Assembly: GCA_905214945.1 (NCBI GenBank) | Contig: CAJMOC010000004.1 | Span: forward strand, 65,068 to 129,067 | DNA from: an uncultured bacterium | Lineage (GTDB): Bacteria; Actinomycetota; Coriobacteriia; Coriobacteriales; Coriobacteriaceae | Direction: 5' to 3' | Length of the DNA stretch: 64,000 nucleotides | In this document: one piece after another, positions 31,591 through 39,516 of the stretch | Layout: each line of letters opens with the position of its first letter | Numbering within the stretch: the stretch's first letter is position 1 | The notes under the pieces: model-generated | The model's database searches: none | What the model saw: only the letters and a program-made list of their open reading frames with translations | Told to the model about the DNA's origin: nothing | Made by a program: the position numbers and the translations under genes

Positions 31591-31782
31591 ATGACACCGA
31601 TCGCTCCGCTCAAGATGCTCGTCGCGCCCGCCGCCAAGGCCATCACCCGACTCGGTTCTTCCATGACCTACGACGATGTCCCCTGCGCCGTTGAGGCGCG
31701 TTCGGACAGCTGCCCCTACCTGGGCCACGTCCCCTACTTTGCGCCTAAGCTCGTTTCCGATCCCGAGCACCGCGAACAGTAA
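31591..31782 (+). CDS. Small hypothetical protein (63 aa)
   Basis: AAAGGAG 5 nt before ATG. Third codon positions are strongly G/C, as in neighbouring genes. Hairpin AAGCGCCGCG/CGCGGCGCTT follows directly. Confidence 0.5.
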   Translation: MTPIAPLKMLVAPAAKAITRLGSSMTYDDVPCAVEARSDSCPYLGHVPYFAPKLVSDPEHREQ

Positions 31783-31818
31783 TCCAAGATGCACCAAGCG
31801 CCGCGTAACTCGCGGCGC

Positions 31819-33228
31819 TTACTGTTTTGGTGCAAAGTAACCTGACCCCCGTGCACCAACGCCGGGATTGTCGACGCTTCGGCCGCGGCGCGATATGAGG
31901 CGCGAAACCTCGCCCAGCAACACGCCGATCACCACACCCATGAGAATGGGCAACTTTGCCATTTCGGCGGGCGAGCTGTTGAGCGGCACAATCGTAGCGA
32001 CAATCGAAAGCACGAGCTCTATCACGGGAATCGCGAGCGCTACCACGAGCACCTTACCCTCGAAGGGTGCGCGGAACACACGCGGGCGACCGTCGCATTT
32101 GCGCAGACGCCAAAACGCCGGGAACATCGGGATATAGCTCATAAGCAAGAAGACGACGTTCATCGAGAAGAAAACCCAAAAGACATCGGAGCCCTCGCCC
32201 AGCGGAATCTGGAGCAGTAGCACCATACTTGCAAAACAACCGTTAATGAGCGCCGAGCCGTTGGGCATGCCGGTCTTTTTGGACACCAACGCAAAGGGAC
32301 GCGGCATGTTGCCATGGCGCGCGGCATAGCTCGCTACGTTGTTGACGCCAAAGCTCCAGCAGATCATATTGGCGAACAGCGTCACCAAAAAGGCCACGCC
32401 CACGACCATCGTCAGCGGGCGGGTGCGCCCCACCATAGCGGCGACTGCGTCCACAATGCCCGAATCGAGTGAAAGCTGCTCGGTGGGAACCGCGGCTCCA
32501 ATGCCGATGCCGCAAATGATGTAAATTGTCGCAATAGCCACGCCACCGGCAATAACCGCCTTGGGGATATCGCGCGACGGGTTCTTCATCGTGCTGGCAA
32601 AGGTCGCGACCACTTCGAAGCCCATAAAGTTGAATAGGATGATCGAAAGATACGTCAGTGAGTTAGTGTCGCCCAGATCTGGAATGAAGGTCTTAAACGA
32701 CATGTCGTTGGCAAAGCCGTTATTGCAGGCAAACCAAATGCCGACGATTCCCACCACAGCGGTAATGAGCACCTTGATGACGGCGCCGCCGTCCATAACC
32801 CAATCGGCCTCCGCCACCGGCTGCATTGCCATGACCGTGACGCCCCACACAAAGGCAATCTCGATGGCAATTCGGATCCCGAGTGAAAACTCGATACCCC
32901 ACACCGCATTAATGACACTGGGGAACATGCAGGCGATACTTGCCACCCACAGCGGAAAGTTAACCCAGTAGCACCAAGAGCAACGGGCGCCCCAACGGTC
33001 GCCCAGGCCCAAACGAACCCAATCGTACAGGCCGCCCTCGGAATCAAACGCCGTACCGAGCTCAGCCACCACCAGGCCATAGGGAAGCAAAAACGTAATG
33101 ATAAGGAAGATCCACCAGAAGAACTGCACGTTGCCCATGGCAGATGCCGGAGCCGCCGCCTCGATGGTAAACACGACGCAGATAACCGAAAGGATGACCT
33201 CGATCAGGGAGAACTTTTTACCTGCCAT
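31819..33228 (-). CDS. APC-superfamily amino acid/polyamine permease (paralogue of aguD-like gene)
   Basis: 469 aa. N-terminus EAAAPASAMGNVQFFWWIFLIITFLLPYGLVVAELGT is collinear with the ORF at 35247-36686. Confidence 0.85.
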   Translation of the reverse strand: MAGKKFSLIEVILSVICVVFTIEAAAPASAMGNVQFFWWIFLIITFLLPYGLVVAELGTAFDSEGGLYDWVRLGLGDRWGARCSWCYWVNFPLWVASIACMFPSVINAVWGIEFSLGIRIAIEIAFVWGVTVMAMQPVAEADWVMDGGAVIKVLITAVVGIVGIWFACNNGFANDMSFKTFIPDLGDTNSLTYLSIILFNFMGFEVVATFASTMKNPSRDIPKAVIAGGVAIATIYIICGIGIGAAVPTEQLSLDSGIVDAVAAMVGRTRPLTMVVGVAFLVTLFANMICWSFGVNNVASYAARHGNMPRPFALVSKKTGMPNGSALINGCFASMVLLLQIPLGEGSDVFWVFFSMNVVFLLMSYIPMFPAFWRLRKCDGRPRVFRAPFEGKVLVVALAIPVIELVLSIVATIVPLNSSPAEMAKLPILMGVVIGVLLGEVSRLISRRGRSVDNPGVGARGSGYFAPKQ

Positions 33229-33400
33229 GGCGCGCGCCCCCTACAGCAAAAAGGATGGCATCTGTACCGAAGGCGCAGCCCAAGGTAGGGTTGCAGGCCG
33301 CGTCACCGGTACAGGTGCCATCCCAAAGAGAAGAGAGAATGCAATTGTTGAACCAACGCTCGCGGAACAGACGCGTGTAGATGACGATACGCTGGTACAT
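33218..33400 (-). CDS. Possible 60-aa upstream ORF/leader peptide overlapping the permease start
   Basis: GGAG 5 nt before ATG 33400. Arg-rich N-terminus MYQRIVIYTRLFRER. Third positions avoid A. Reads through the terminator hairpin and ends 11 nt inside the permease gene. Confidence 0.3.
   Translation of the reverse strand: MYQRIVIYTRLFRERWFNNCILSSLWDGTCTGDAACNPTLGCAFGTDAILFAVGGARHGR
33248..33323 (-). terminator. Intrinsic terminator/attenuator 20-25 nt upstream of the APC permease start codon
   Basis: 17-bp stem (33307-33323 / 33253-33269, one C-A mismatch) followed on the minus strand by UUUUU (33248-33252). Confidence 0.65.
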
Positions 33401-33576
33401 AGATACTCCGATCAAAACGGCCGCGTTCGCGACCGGAAACTTTCGGCAATTGAAAACGCGTCTGACCTGGGAAATTCAAGCGAACAATTGGCCTAACCCG
33501 CAAAAAATCCCAGATCAGACGCGTACTCAATCAAAGAGGCGGGCACTCCGAAGTGGAGGCAACGGGGTGCCCAGAG

Positions 33577-33669
33577 AAAAACCCAGCCGACCAAGACATC
33601 AAGCAGCAGCCCATCAATGTCCCGAGATGGGACTACATGCCACCTGTCCGATTGATCGGCTGGGTTTTC
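33577..33669 (-). terminator. Long-hairpin terminator downstream of aguA
   Basis: AAACCCAGCCGA / TCGGCTGGGTTT arms with a U-run on the minus strand. Flanked by 10-bp direct repeats CGGGGTGCCC (33563-33572, 33669-33678). Confidence 0.6.
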
Positions 33670-33755
33670 GGGGTGCCCCAGGTCGCCGCGAACGAGGAGC
33701 GTAGCGTACTGACGCTACGTAAGCGACGAGTGAACGCCAAGGTGGCGCGCCTGAG

Positions 33756-34961
33756 TTACGCCGACGGCTCCTGCTGCGTAATGCAGTGGATATTGCCGCC
33801 GCCGAAGACAACCTGCTCGGACTGAACGCCAACACACTTGTAGACGTCCTCACCCCAGACCTCGTCATAGATCTTCTGGAGCGTGTCAACGGCCAGCTGG
33901 TCGTTCTCGTCGCCGTACTGCGGGACGATGACGCCGTGGTTGGTGACCAGGTAGTTCATGTAGGAGGCGATCAGCGGCTCATCGGGAACGCGCGGCTCGG
34001 CGTTCTCGTCGGCGTCGATGGTGTCGCAGGAAGCCTGGTCCATGAACAGCGGGTTCACGGGCATGCAGAGCTTGTAGACCTTCATCTTGCGGCCCTTGGC
34101 GTCAACGGCGTTGGAGAGGGTCTCGTAGGCAGCGTGGCACTGCTCGTAGAACGGATACTCGGGATCGTCGGTCCAGATGCAGGCCATGACGCCCGGGGCG
34201 ATGAACGTGGCGACGTCATCGATGTGGCCGTTGGTCTCCTCGGGGTCGATGCCCTCCTTGACCCAGATGACCTTCTCGACACCCAGGTAATCCTTGAGGT
34301 GCTCGTCCATGTAGGCGCGAAGCTCCTCGCTCCAGGGCTCAAACTTCTTGTGGTACTTGGGCCAGATGGACTCGGGATCCTCTTCCTCCTCCAGAACCGC
34401 AGAGCAGGTGCGGCCCGGGGAAAGCAGGCACTGGTCGGTCACGACAAGGGTGCCCTCGCCGTCGACGGTGATGGAGCCGCCCTCGAGGATCATGTCATCG
34501 GGACGATAGCGACGGCAGCCGGAGAGCTCGGCCATCTTAAGGGCGATCTGCTCGTCCTTGTCCCACGGGAAATAAAGGCCGTCGATGAGACCACCGTAGG
34601 CGTTGAAGTGCCAGTGGTTGGCGCGCTTCTCGCCCTTGCCGTTGATGACGTAGGTGGCGGCGGTGTCTCGGAACCAGGCGTCGTCGGTGGTCATCTCGAT
34701 AACGGTGACGTTCTCGTCGTTCTCGAAGACGGCCTTGCAGTTGGCGTAGTCGGCCTGGTTGGCGCACATGGTGACCGGGGTGAACTCGGCGATGGCGCGG
34801 GCGATGGCGGCATACTGCTTCTGAGCCGGCTTGGCGCCGTGGGCCCAGGTGTCGGTGCGGTGGGGCCAGCCCATCCACACGCGATCCTGCGGGGCAAACT
34901 CAGCAGGCATAAAGAAGCCGTCGGCCTTGGGAGTGGACTCGGACTCGGTGATCGTACGCAT
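33756..34961 (-). CDS. aguA: Agmatine deiminase (paralogue 2, within the AgDI cluster)
   Basis: 401 aa from ATG 34961 (GGAGG RBS). GGGNIHCITQQ catalytic Cys motif. The ORF-track N-terminal extension to 35126 has no support. Confidence 0.9.
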   Translation of the reverse strand: MRTITESESTPKADGFFMPAEFAPQDRVWMGWPHRTDTWAHGAKPAQKQYAAIARAIAEFTPVTMCANQADYANCKAVFENDENVTVIEMTTDDAWFRDTAATYVINGKGEKRANHWHFNAYGGLIDGLYFPWDKDEQIALKMAELSGCRRYRPDDMILEGGSITVDGEGTLVVTDQCLLSPGRTCSAVLEEEEDPESIWPKYHKKFEPWSEELRAYMDEHLKDYLGVEKVIWVKEGIDPEETNGHIDDVATFIAPGVMACIWTDDPEYPFYEQCHAAYETLSNAVDAKGRKMKVYKLCMPVNPLFMDQASCDTIDADENAEPRVPDEPLIASYMNYLVTNHGVIVPQYGDENDQLAVDTLQKIYDEVWGEDVYKCVGVQSEQVVFGGGNIHCITQQEPSA

Positions 34962-35246
34962 AAGATTTCCTCCAAATCGAACGATCGCTTGCCGCGGGCG
35001 GGTTACCCGCGGCCTAAAACCAAGAGATAGTGGGCGCCCGTTCCCCGGCAAAGGTCGGGGCGCCCGGCGCCGGTTTTCACGGAGTCGCACCGGCAAGCGA
35101 CGACGTAACCAAGTGCGCGGAGACAAAACGCACGAAGGATACGGAAGAGAGATTGGGGTGGGCGGTGGTTACCGGAGCTATCGCTCACACCCACCCCGGG
35201 GAATGGTTAGCAGATGATGAGGGTTGGAACCCCGAATCCGGGTGCT

Positions 35247-36686
35247 CTAGTTCTCCTCGGCCTCGGCGGCCTCCTCAGCGAGACGCTGGGCAGCCAGCTC
35301 GGGGGTGAGACCCTTGTACTCGGTCTCGCGGCCCTTGGCGCTGACGACGCGGACGACCTCGCCGATGAGCAGAAGCACGATGAAGATGACGATCATCGGG
35401 ACCTTGTCGCCAATTTCGGCGGCGGAGAACGGCACCAGCGTTGCGACGATGGCCAGGACCAGCTCGATGCAGGGGATGGCCAGCATGACCTTCATCATGG
35501 CGCCCTTAAACGGGAACGTGAAGATGCGCTCGCGGTCGGGGTCGTTCTTGCGAAGGTTGAGGAACGCCGGGAACATCGGGATGTAGGTCAGCAGCAGGAA
35601 GACGACGGAGGTGCCGAAGAGCATCCAGAAGACACCGTTGGAGATGGCATCGATGGGAACCAGCTGCAGGCACAGCACCAGGGAGGCGACGACGGCGTTG
35701 ACCAGGTTGGCGCCGTTGGGCATATCGTCATCCGAAATCATCGAAGCAAAGACCTTGGGCATGTTGCCGTGCTCGGCAGCGTAGCGAGCGACGGAGTTGA
35801 CGCCGAAGGACCAGGCGGCCATGTTGGCGAACAGGGTGATCAGGAAGGCGATGCAGATGACCTTGAAGATCATAGAGTCGCCCACCATGGTCTGGACTGC
35901 GACGATCATCCCGTAGTCGGGGTCGATGGAGTCGGCCGGCACGGCGGCGCCGATGCCGAAGCCGGCGAACAGGTAGATGACGGCGATAGCCACGCCGCCG
36001 ACGATGATGGCCTTGGGAATATCGCGAGCGGGATCGGCCATGTCGTCGGTCATGGTGCAGATGACCTCGAAGCCCATGAAGTTGAAAATGATGATGGACA
36101 GGTAGCCGAGGGCGTTGGTGTTGGTGAGCTCGGGCAGGAAGGTGGCAGCGGACATGTCGTTCGCAAAACCGTTCTCCATGGCATACCAGATGCCCAGGGC
36201 GCCGACGATAACGGCAACGGCGACCTTGATGATAGCGCCTCCGTTGAGGACCCACTCGGAGTCGGCCGCCTTGGAGCGGCCCATGAGATACACGATCCAC
36301 ACAAAGGCAAGTTCGATACCCATCTTGGCGATTAGGTTGAACTCGACGCCAAAGACCATACCCAGGATGTCGGGGAACATAGTGGCCAGCGAGGCGATCC
36401 ACAGGGGGTAGTTGACCCAGTAGTAATACGAAATGCGGGCGCCCCACTTGTCGCCCAGGCCATCGCGTACCCAGTCGTAAATGCCGCCCTCGCCGTCATA
36501 GGTGGTGCCGAGCTCGGCGACAACCATGCCGTAAGGGAGCAGAAAGGTCAGGATCAGGAAAATCCACCAGAAGAACTGCTGGTTGCCAATGGCGGCAGCA
36601 GGTGCGGCGGCCTCGCAAACGAAGACGACGCAGATGATGGTCGAAATGACCGTCAAGAAGGAAAGCTTTTTCTTTCCGTCGCTCAT
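35247..36686 (-). CDS. aguD: APC-family agmatine/putrescine antiporter-like permease
   Basis: 479 aa multi-TM APC protein located between ptcA and aguA. Confidence 0.8.
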   Translation of the reverse strand: MSDGKKKLSFLTVISTIICVVFVCEAAAPAAAIGNQQFFWWIFLILTFLLPYGMVVAELGTTYDGEGGIYDWVRDGLGDKWGARISYYYWVNYPLWIASLATMFPDILGMVFGVEFNLIAKMGIELAFVWIVYLMGRSKAADSEWVLNGGAIIKVAVAVIVGALGIWYAMENGFANDMSAATFLPELTNTNALGYLSIIIFNFMGFEVICTMTDDMADPARDIPKAIIVGGVAIAVIYLFAGFGIGAAVPADSIDPDYGMIVAVQTMVGDSMIFKVICIAFLITLFANMAAWSFGVNSVARYAAEHGNMPKVFASMISDDDMPNGANLVNAVVASLVLCLQLVPIDAISNGVFWMLFGTSVVFLLLTYIPMFPAFLNLRKNDPDRERIFTFPFKGAMMKVMLAIPCIELVLAIVATLVPFSAAEIGDKVPMIVIFIVLLLIGEVVRVVSAKGRETEYKGLTPELAAQRLAEEAAEAEEN

Positions 36687-36817
36687 GATGAGCTCCTTCG
36701 CTCAGTCTTGGACAGATCCGGAGCCTAAGGTATTAAGGCAATTGCTTGGGCCTCGGTGAGCGGGCGACAGGAGACGAGCATCCGCCGCCCGCAAACGTGC
36801 TTTTAGAAGCCTTGAGC

Positions 36818-37891
36818 TTAGAGCTGCTCGAGAGCCTCGAGAGCGGCGTGGAGCTCAGCCTTGGTGGAGTACTCGACACCCTCGTCGTTGAGCGGGGTGC
36901 GCTTGCCCAGGGCGGCAAGGAGAGCACGGATGGAGTGCTTGCGGTTCTCGGCCTCGACCCAGCACAGGGAGCGCTCGGGATCGTCCATGACCTCGTCGAC
37001 GACCTCCTCGTTGCGGGTGGCCGGCAGGCAGTGCATGAACTTGGAGCCTGCGCCGGCGAAGTTCATCATGTCCATGGTGACCTGATACTTGGGATAGAAC
37101 ACGTCCATGTAGTTCTCGCCCGAGACCTCCTCGTCGTACAGGCCATACCACACGTCGGTGTAGATGAAGTCGGCGCCCTTGATGCACTCGATGTCGTCGG
37201 AGATGACGATGGAGCCGCCGGAAACCTTGCAGTTCTCCTCGGCAATGGCCATCATCTGCTTGCCGAACTCGGCGCGCTCCTCGACGGTGCCAACGTGCAG
37301 GCCGCCGTCGGGGATCTGGTGGCCCTTAGGTCCAAACTGGACAAACTTCATGCCGACCTTGGAGGCGATGAACATGAGGGAGACGCAGACCTGGGTGGCG
37401 TCTCCGATGAAGGCCAGGGTGCAATCCTCGATCTTCTTGCCCTCGGGGAGGTTCTCGAGCATGGTCATGAGGTCGCCCATCTCCTGCGTGGGATGGTTGA
37501 ACTCGGACATGCCGTTGATGACGGGCACAGCGGAGCCCTCGGCGAGGCCGACGACGTCCTTGTGACGGTCAACGCGGGCCATCATGATGTCGAGCAGGGA
37601 GCCCATGACGCGAGCGGTGTCGCCCAGGGACTCGTGGCCACCGAGCTGGATGGTGCCAGGGCCATAGAACTGAGCATGACCGCCGAGGTCGGTCATAGCG
37701 GTCTCGAAGGAAAGACGGGTGCGGGTGGAGACCTGCTGGAAGATCATGCCAAGGCTCTTGTTGCGGAGCAGGTGCGGATAATAACCGTCAACCTTGATGG
37801 CCTTCTTCATTGCCAGGCCAAGATCCTCGATAGCCAGGATCTGCTCTTTGGTGAAGTCGTTGGTGTCGATGAAATCCTTAGGCAGCGCCAT
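36818..37891 (-). CDS. ptcA: Putrescine carbamoyltransferase
   Basis: [34 protein letters not shown] and HCLP blocks match the PTC/OTC family and closely resemble enterococcal PTC as I recall it. ATG 37891. Confidence 0.85.
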   Translation of the reverse strand: MALPKDFIDTNDFTKEQILAIEDLGLAMKKAIKVDGYYPHLLRNKSLGMIFQQVSTRTRLSFETAMTDLGGHAQFYGPGTIQLGGHESLGDTARVMGSLLDIMMARVDRHKDVVGLAEGSAVPVINGMSEFNHPTQEMGDLMTMLENLPEGKKIEDCTLAFIGDATQVCVSLMFIASKVGMKFVQFGPKGHQIPDGGLHVGTVEERAEFGKQMMAIAEENCKVSGGSIVISDDIECIKGADFIYTDVWYGLYDEEVSGENYMDVFYPKYQVTMDMMNFAGAGSKFMHCLPATRNEEVVDEVMDDPERSLCWVEAENRKHSIRALLAALGKRTPLNDEGVEYSTKAELHAALEALEQL

Positions 37892-38012
37892 GTCGATTCC
37901 TTTCCGCCGGTCGTGCCGACTATTGCTATGAGGCGCTCGAACATCACGCCTCGTGTTGACAAGACCATCATTCACCCGTATGCAATTTTCACCTAGTTTA
38001 TTCGGGATTAAA

Positions 38013-38024
38013 GACCGTTCACGG
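38013..38024 (+). promoter_or_regulatory. ACCGTTCAC motif copy (GACCGTTCACGG) in the ptcA/aguR divergent region
   Basis: Intergenic. A second inverted copy lies at 38093-38104. Confidence 0.4.
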
Positions 38025-38092
38025 AGTTACACCCCCTCTAAACCAATATAAACCCGCAGGTAGCCAGCTTGCAGGGGGTTTACTATATAGAA

Positions 38093-38104
38093 CCGCGAAC
38101 GGTA
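38093..38104 (-). promoter_or_regulatory. ACCGTTC motif copy (TACCGTTCGCGG on minus strand)
   Basis: Intergenic, 80 nt from the copy at 38013. Confidence 0.4.
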
Positions 38105-38205
38105 TACGGCTATGCTGTATCTCGGCGCCTAATCCGCAATGGAACGAAGGGTTGAGGCGTCTATATCCCACAAGGTATACAGGGCTCGGCCATAGATGAA
38201 ATGAG

Positions 38206-39186
38206 ATGGGACGGTGGCAGATGAACACCCTGATGTTCTTCTATACCCTAGCGATACTCGTGATCTGTATTGTGACGGCAGTGCTTTCGCTTGCCGCCTA
38301 CGCCTCGTCTCGTCGACAGTTCTTTATCTATGGCAGCGGCGTTTTTATTTGCTATGCCATCGAGATGACCGAGATCTTCTTTTTTGAATACACGTTGCAA
38401 AACCAGAGTTTTCCAGCCAGCGACTATTACTCAATTACCATGCCTGTGTTGCGGATCCTTGTGGCGACCGCTTCACAGGCTTTTATTTGGCTGATTGCCA
38501 TGGACTTGCTCGACAAACATTCTAAAAAGCAATTCGCTATCCCCGTCTTAACGTTTTTGCTGTGCGAGTCGCTGATTATCGTCGCTGTCCCCTCCGGTCC
38601 CATGCATCAGTGGCTCTACTACACGATGCGTCAGGTATTCCTGGTTTTTGTGGGACTGCATATCTTTTGGACGGCGCATAAAAGCACGCAGGTCGAGCTT
38701 AAGGCACGCGTCAACAATCAACGAAAGCACCTCATTATCGGCGCCATTCTGGTCGGGTGCATCGTTGCCGAGGATTTCTACAACATCCTTGTTGTTCCCA
38801 TGAGCCTGGTACCCTCTTGGCTGCAGCTGTACCTGTCCGAGCGCAACTTTAGCGAGAACATCTTTGCGTGCTACTTTGCGATTCTGCTGATCATCTATGC
38901 CTATCACGTGCTTTCGATTCGCATGCAGGAGGCGCCCGAGGAAAAGAACGTCAGCGATCTTGACAGACACATCGAAGAGCAGATGCCCTTCTATCGCAAC
39001 GCCTACAAGCTCTCCAACCGCGAGACCGAAGTCATGCGTCTGGTTGTACTGGGCAAATCGAACCAAGAGATCGCCGACGAGCTCTTCCTTGCCGTGGGCA
39101 CCGTCAAAACCCACATCCACAACATCTTGGTCAAAACCGAGCAGCAAAACCGCACGACCTTGATCCTCCACTTTTGGAAACGATAA
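38206..39186 (+). CDS. aguR: Membrane-anchored LuxR-family regulator, AguR-like, divergent from ptcA
   Basis: Multi-TM N-terminal domain plus HTH SNRETEVMRLVVLGKSNQEIADELFLAVGTVKTHIHNILVKT. Position matches aguR in known AgDI clusters. Start ambiguous (38206 or 38221). Confidence 0.75.
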   Translation: MGRWQMNTLMFFYTLAILVICIVTAVLSLAAYASSRRQFFIYGSGVFICYAIEMTEIFFFEYTLQNQSFPASDYYSITMPVLRILVATASQAFIWLIAMDLLDKHSKKQFAIPVLTFLLCESLIIVAVPSGPMHQWLYYTMRQVFLVFVGLHIFWTAHKSTQVELKARVNNQRKHLIIGAILVGCIVAEDFYNILVVPMSLVPSWLQLYLSERNFSENIFACYFAILLIIYAYHVLSIRMQEAPEEKNVSDLDRHIEEQMPFYRNAYKLSNRETEVMRLVVLGKSNQEIADELFLAVGTVKTHIHNILVKTEQQNRTTLILHFWKR

Positions 39187-39199
39187 CCTACCAAAAAGG

Positions 39200-39484
39200 G
39201 ACAGGTTTATTTTGGCAGGTTTTATCTGGGCAAACGTCAAGGCCGCCGCTAGGGAACTACTTTCCCTAGCGGCGGCCTTCTAGCCTAAAAACCCAAGTGA
39301 GTAGACTTTTTGCAGGAAGCCGAGCACACCCCAAATCGCCACAGCGCTGACCTGCGGTTTTACCGAGCATTTGTCGCGATGTGCTCGGCAGGTCCAAAAA
39401 AGTCTACTCACTTGCATCTGAGGCGTACCGGAAAGGCAAAAAACCGCCGCGGAAGGGGTCCGGACCCCGTTCGCGGAGGCTGTT
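39200..39484. repeat. Family-D ~280-bp intergenic repeat, copy 2
   Basis: Collinear with 25338-25617. Foldback at 39295-39413 with conserved stems AAGTGAGTAG/CTACTCACTT and CGAGCACA/TGTGCTCG. Confidence 0.85.
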
Positions 39485-39516
39485 CGCGCTGGTTTTGCGA
39501 CGATTTTGCCCGTCTG

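Noticed and set aside
33253-33323. Cys-rich C-terminal half of the uORF (WDGTCTGDAACNPTLGCAFGTDA) as a RiPP precursor core.
   Set aside because: The quasi-symmetric peptide is a by-product of translating a nucleic-acid palindrome (the terminator stem). No modification enzymes are nearby.
34962-35126. Arg-rich N-terminal extensions in the ORF track for aguA (to 35126), ptcA (to 37975), the aldolase (to 47060), FprA (to 49348) and lacC (to 54829).
   Set aside because: In each case an internal ATG with a strong Shine-Dalgarno sequence yields the conserved family N-terminus. The extensions are non-conserved-looking and cross promoter or terminator sequence.
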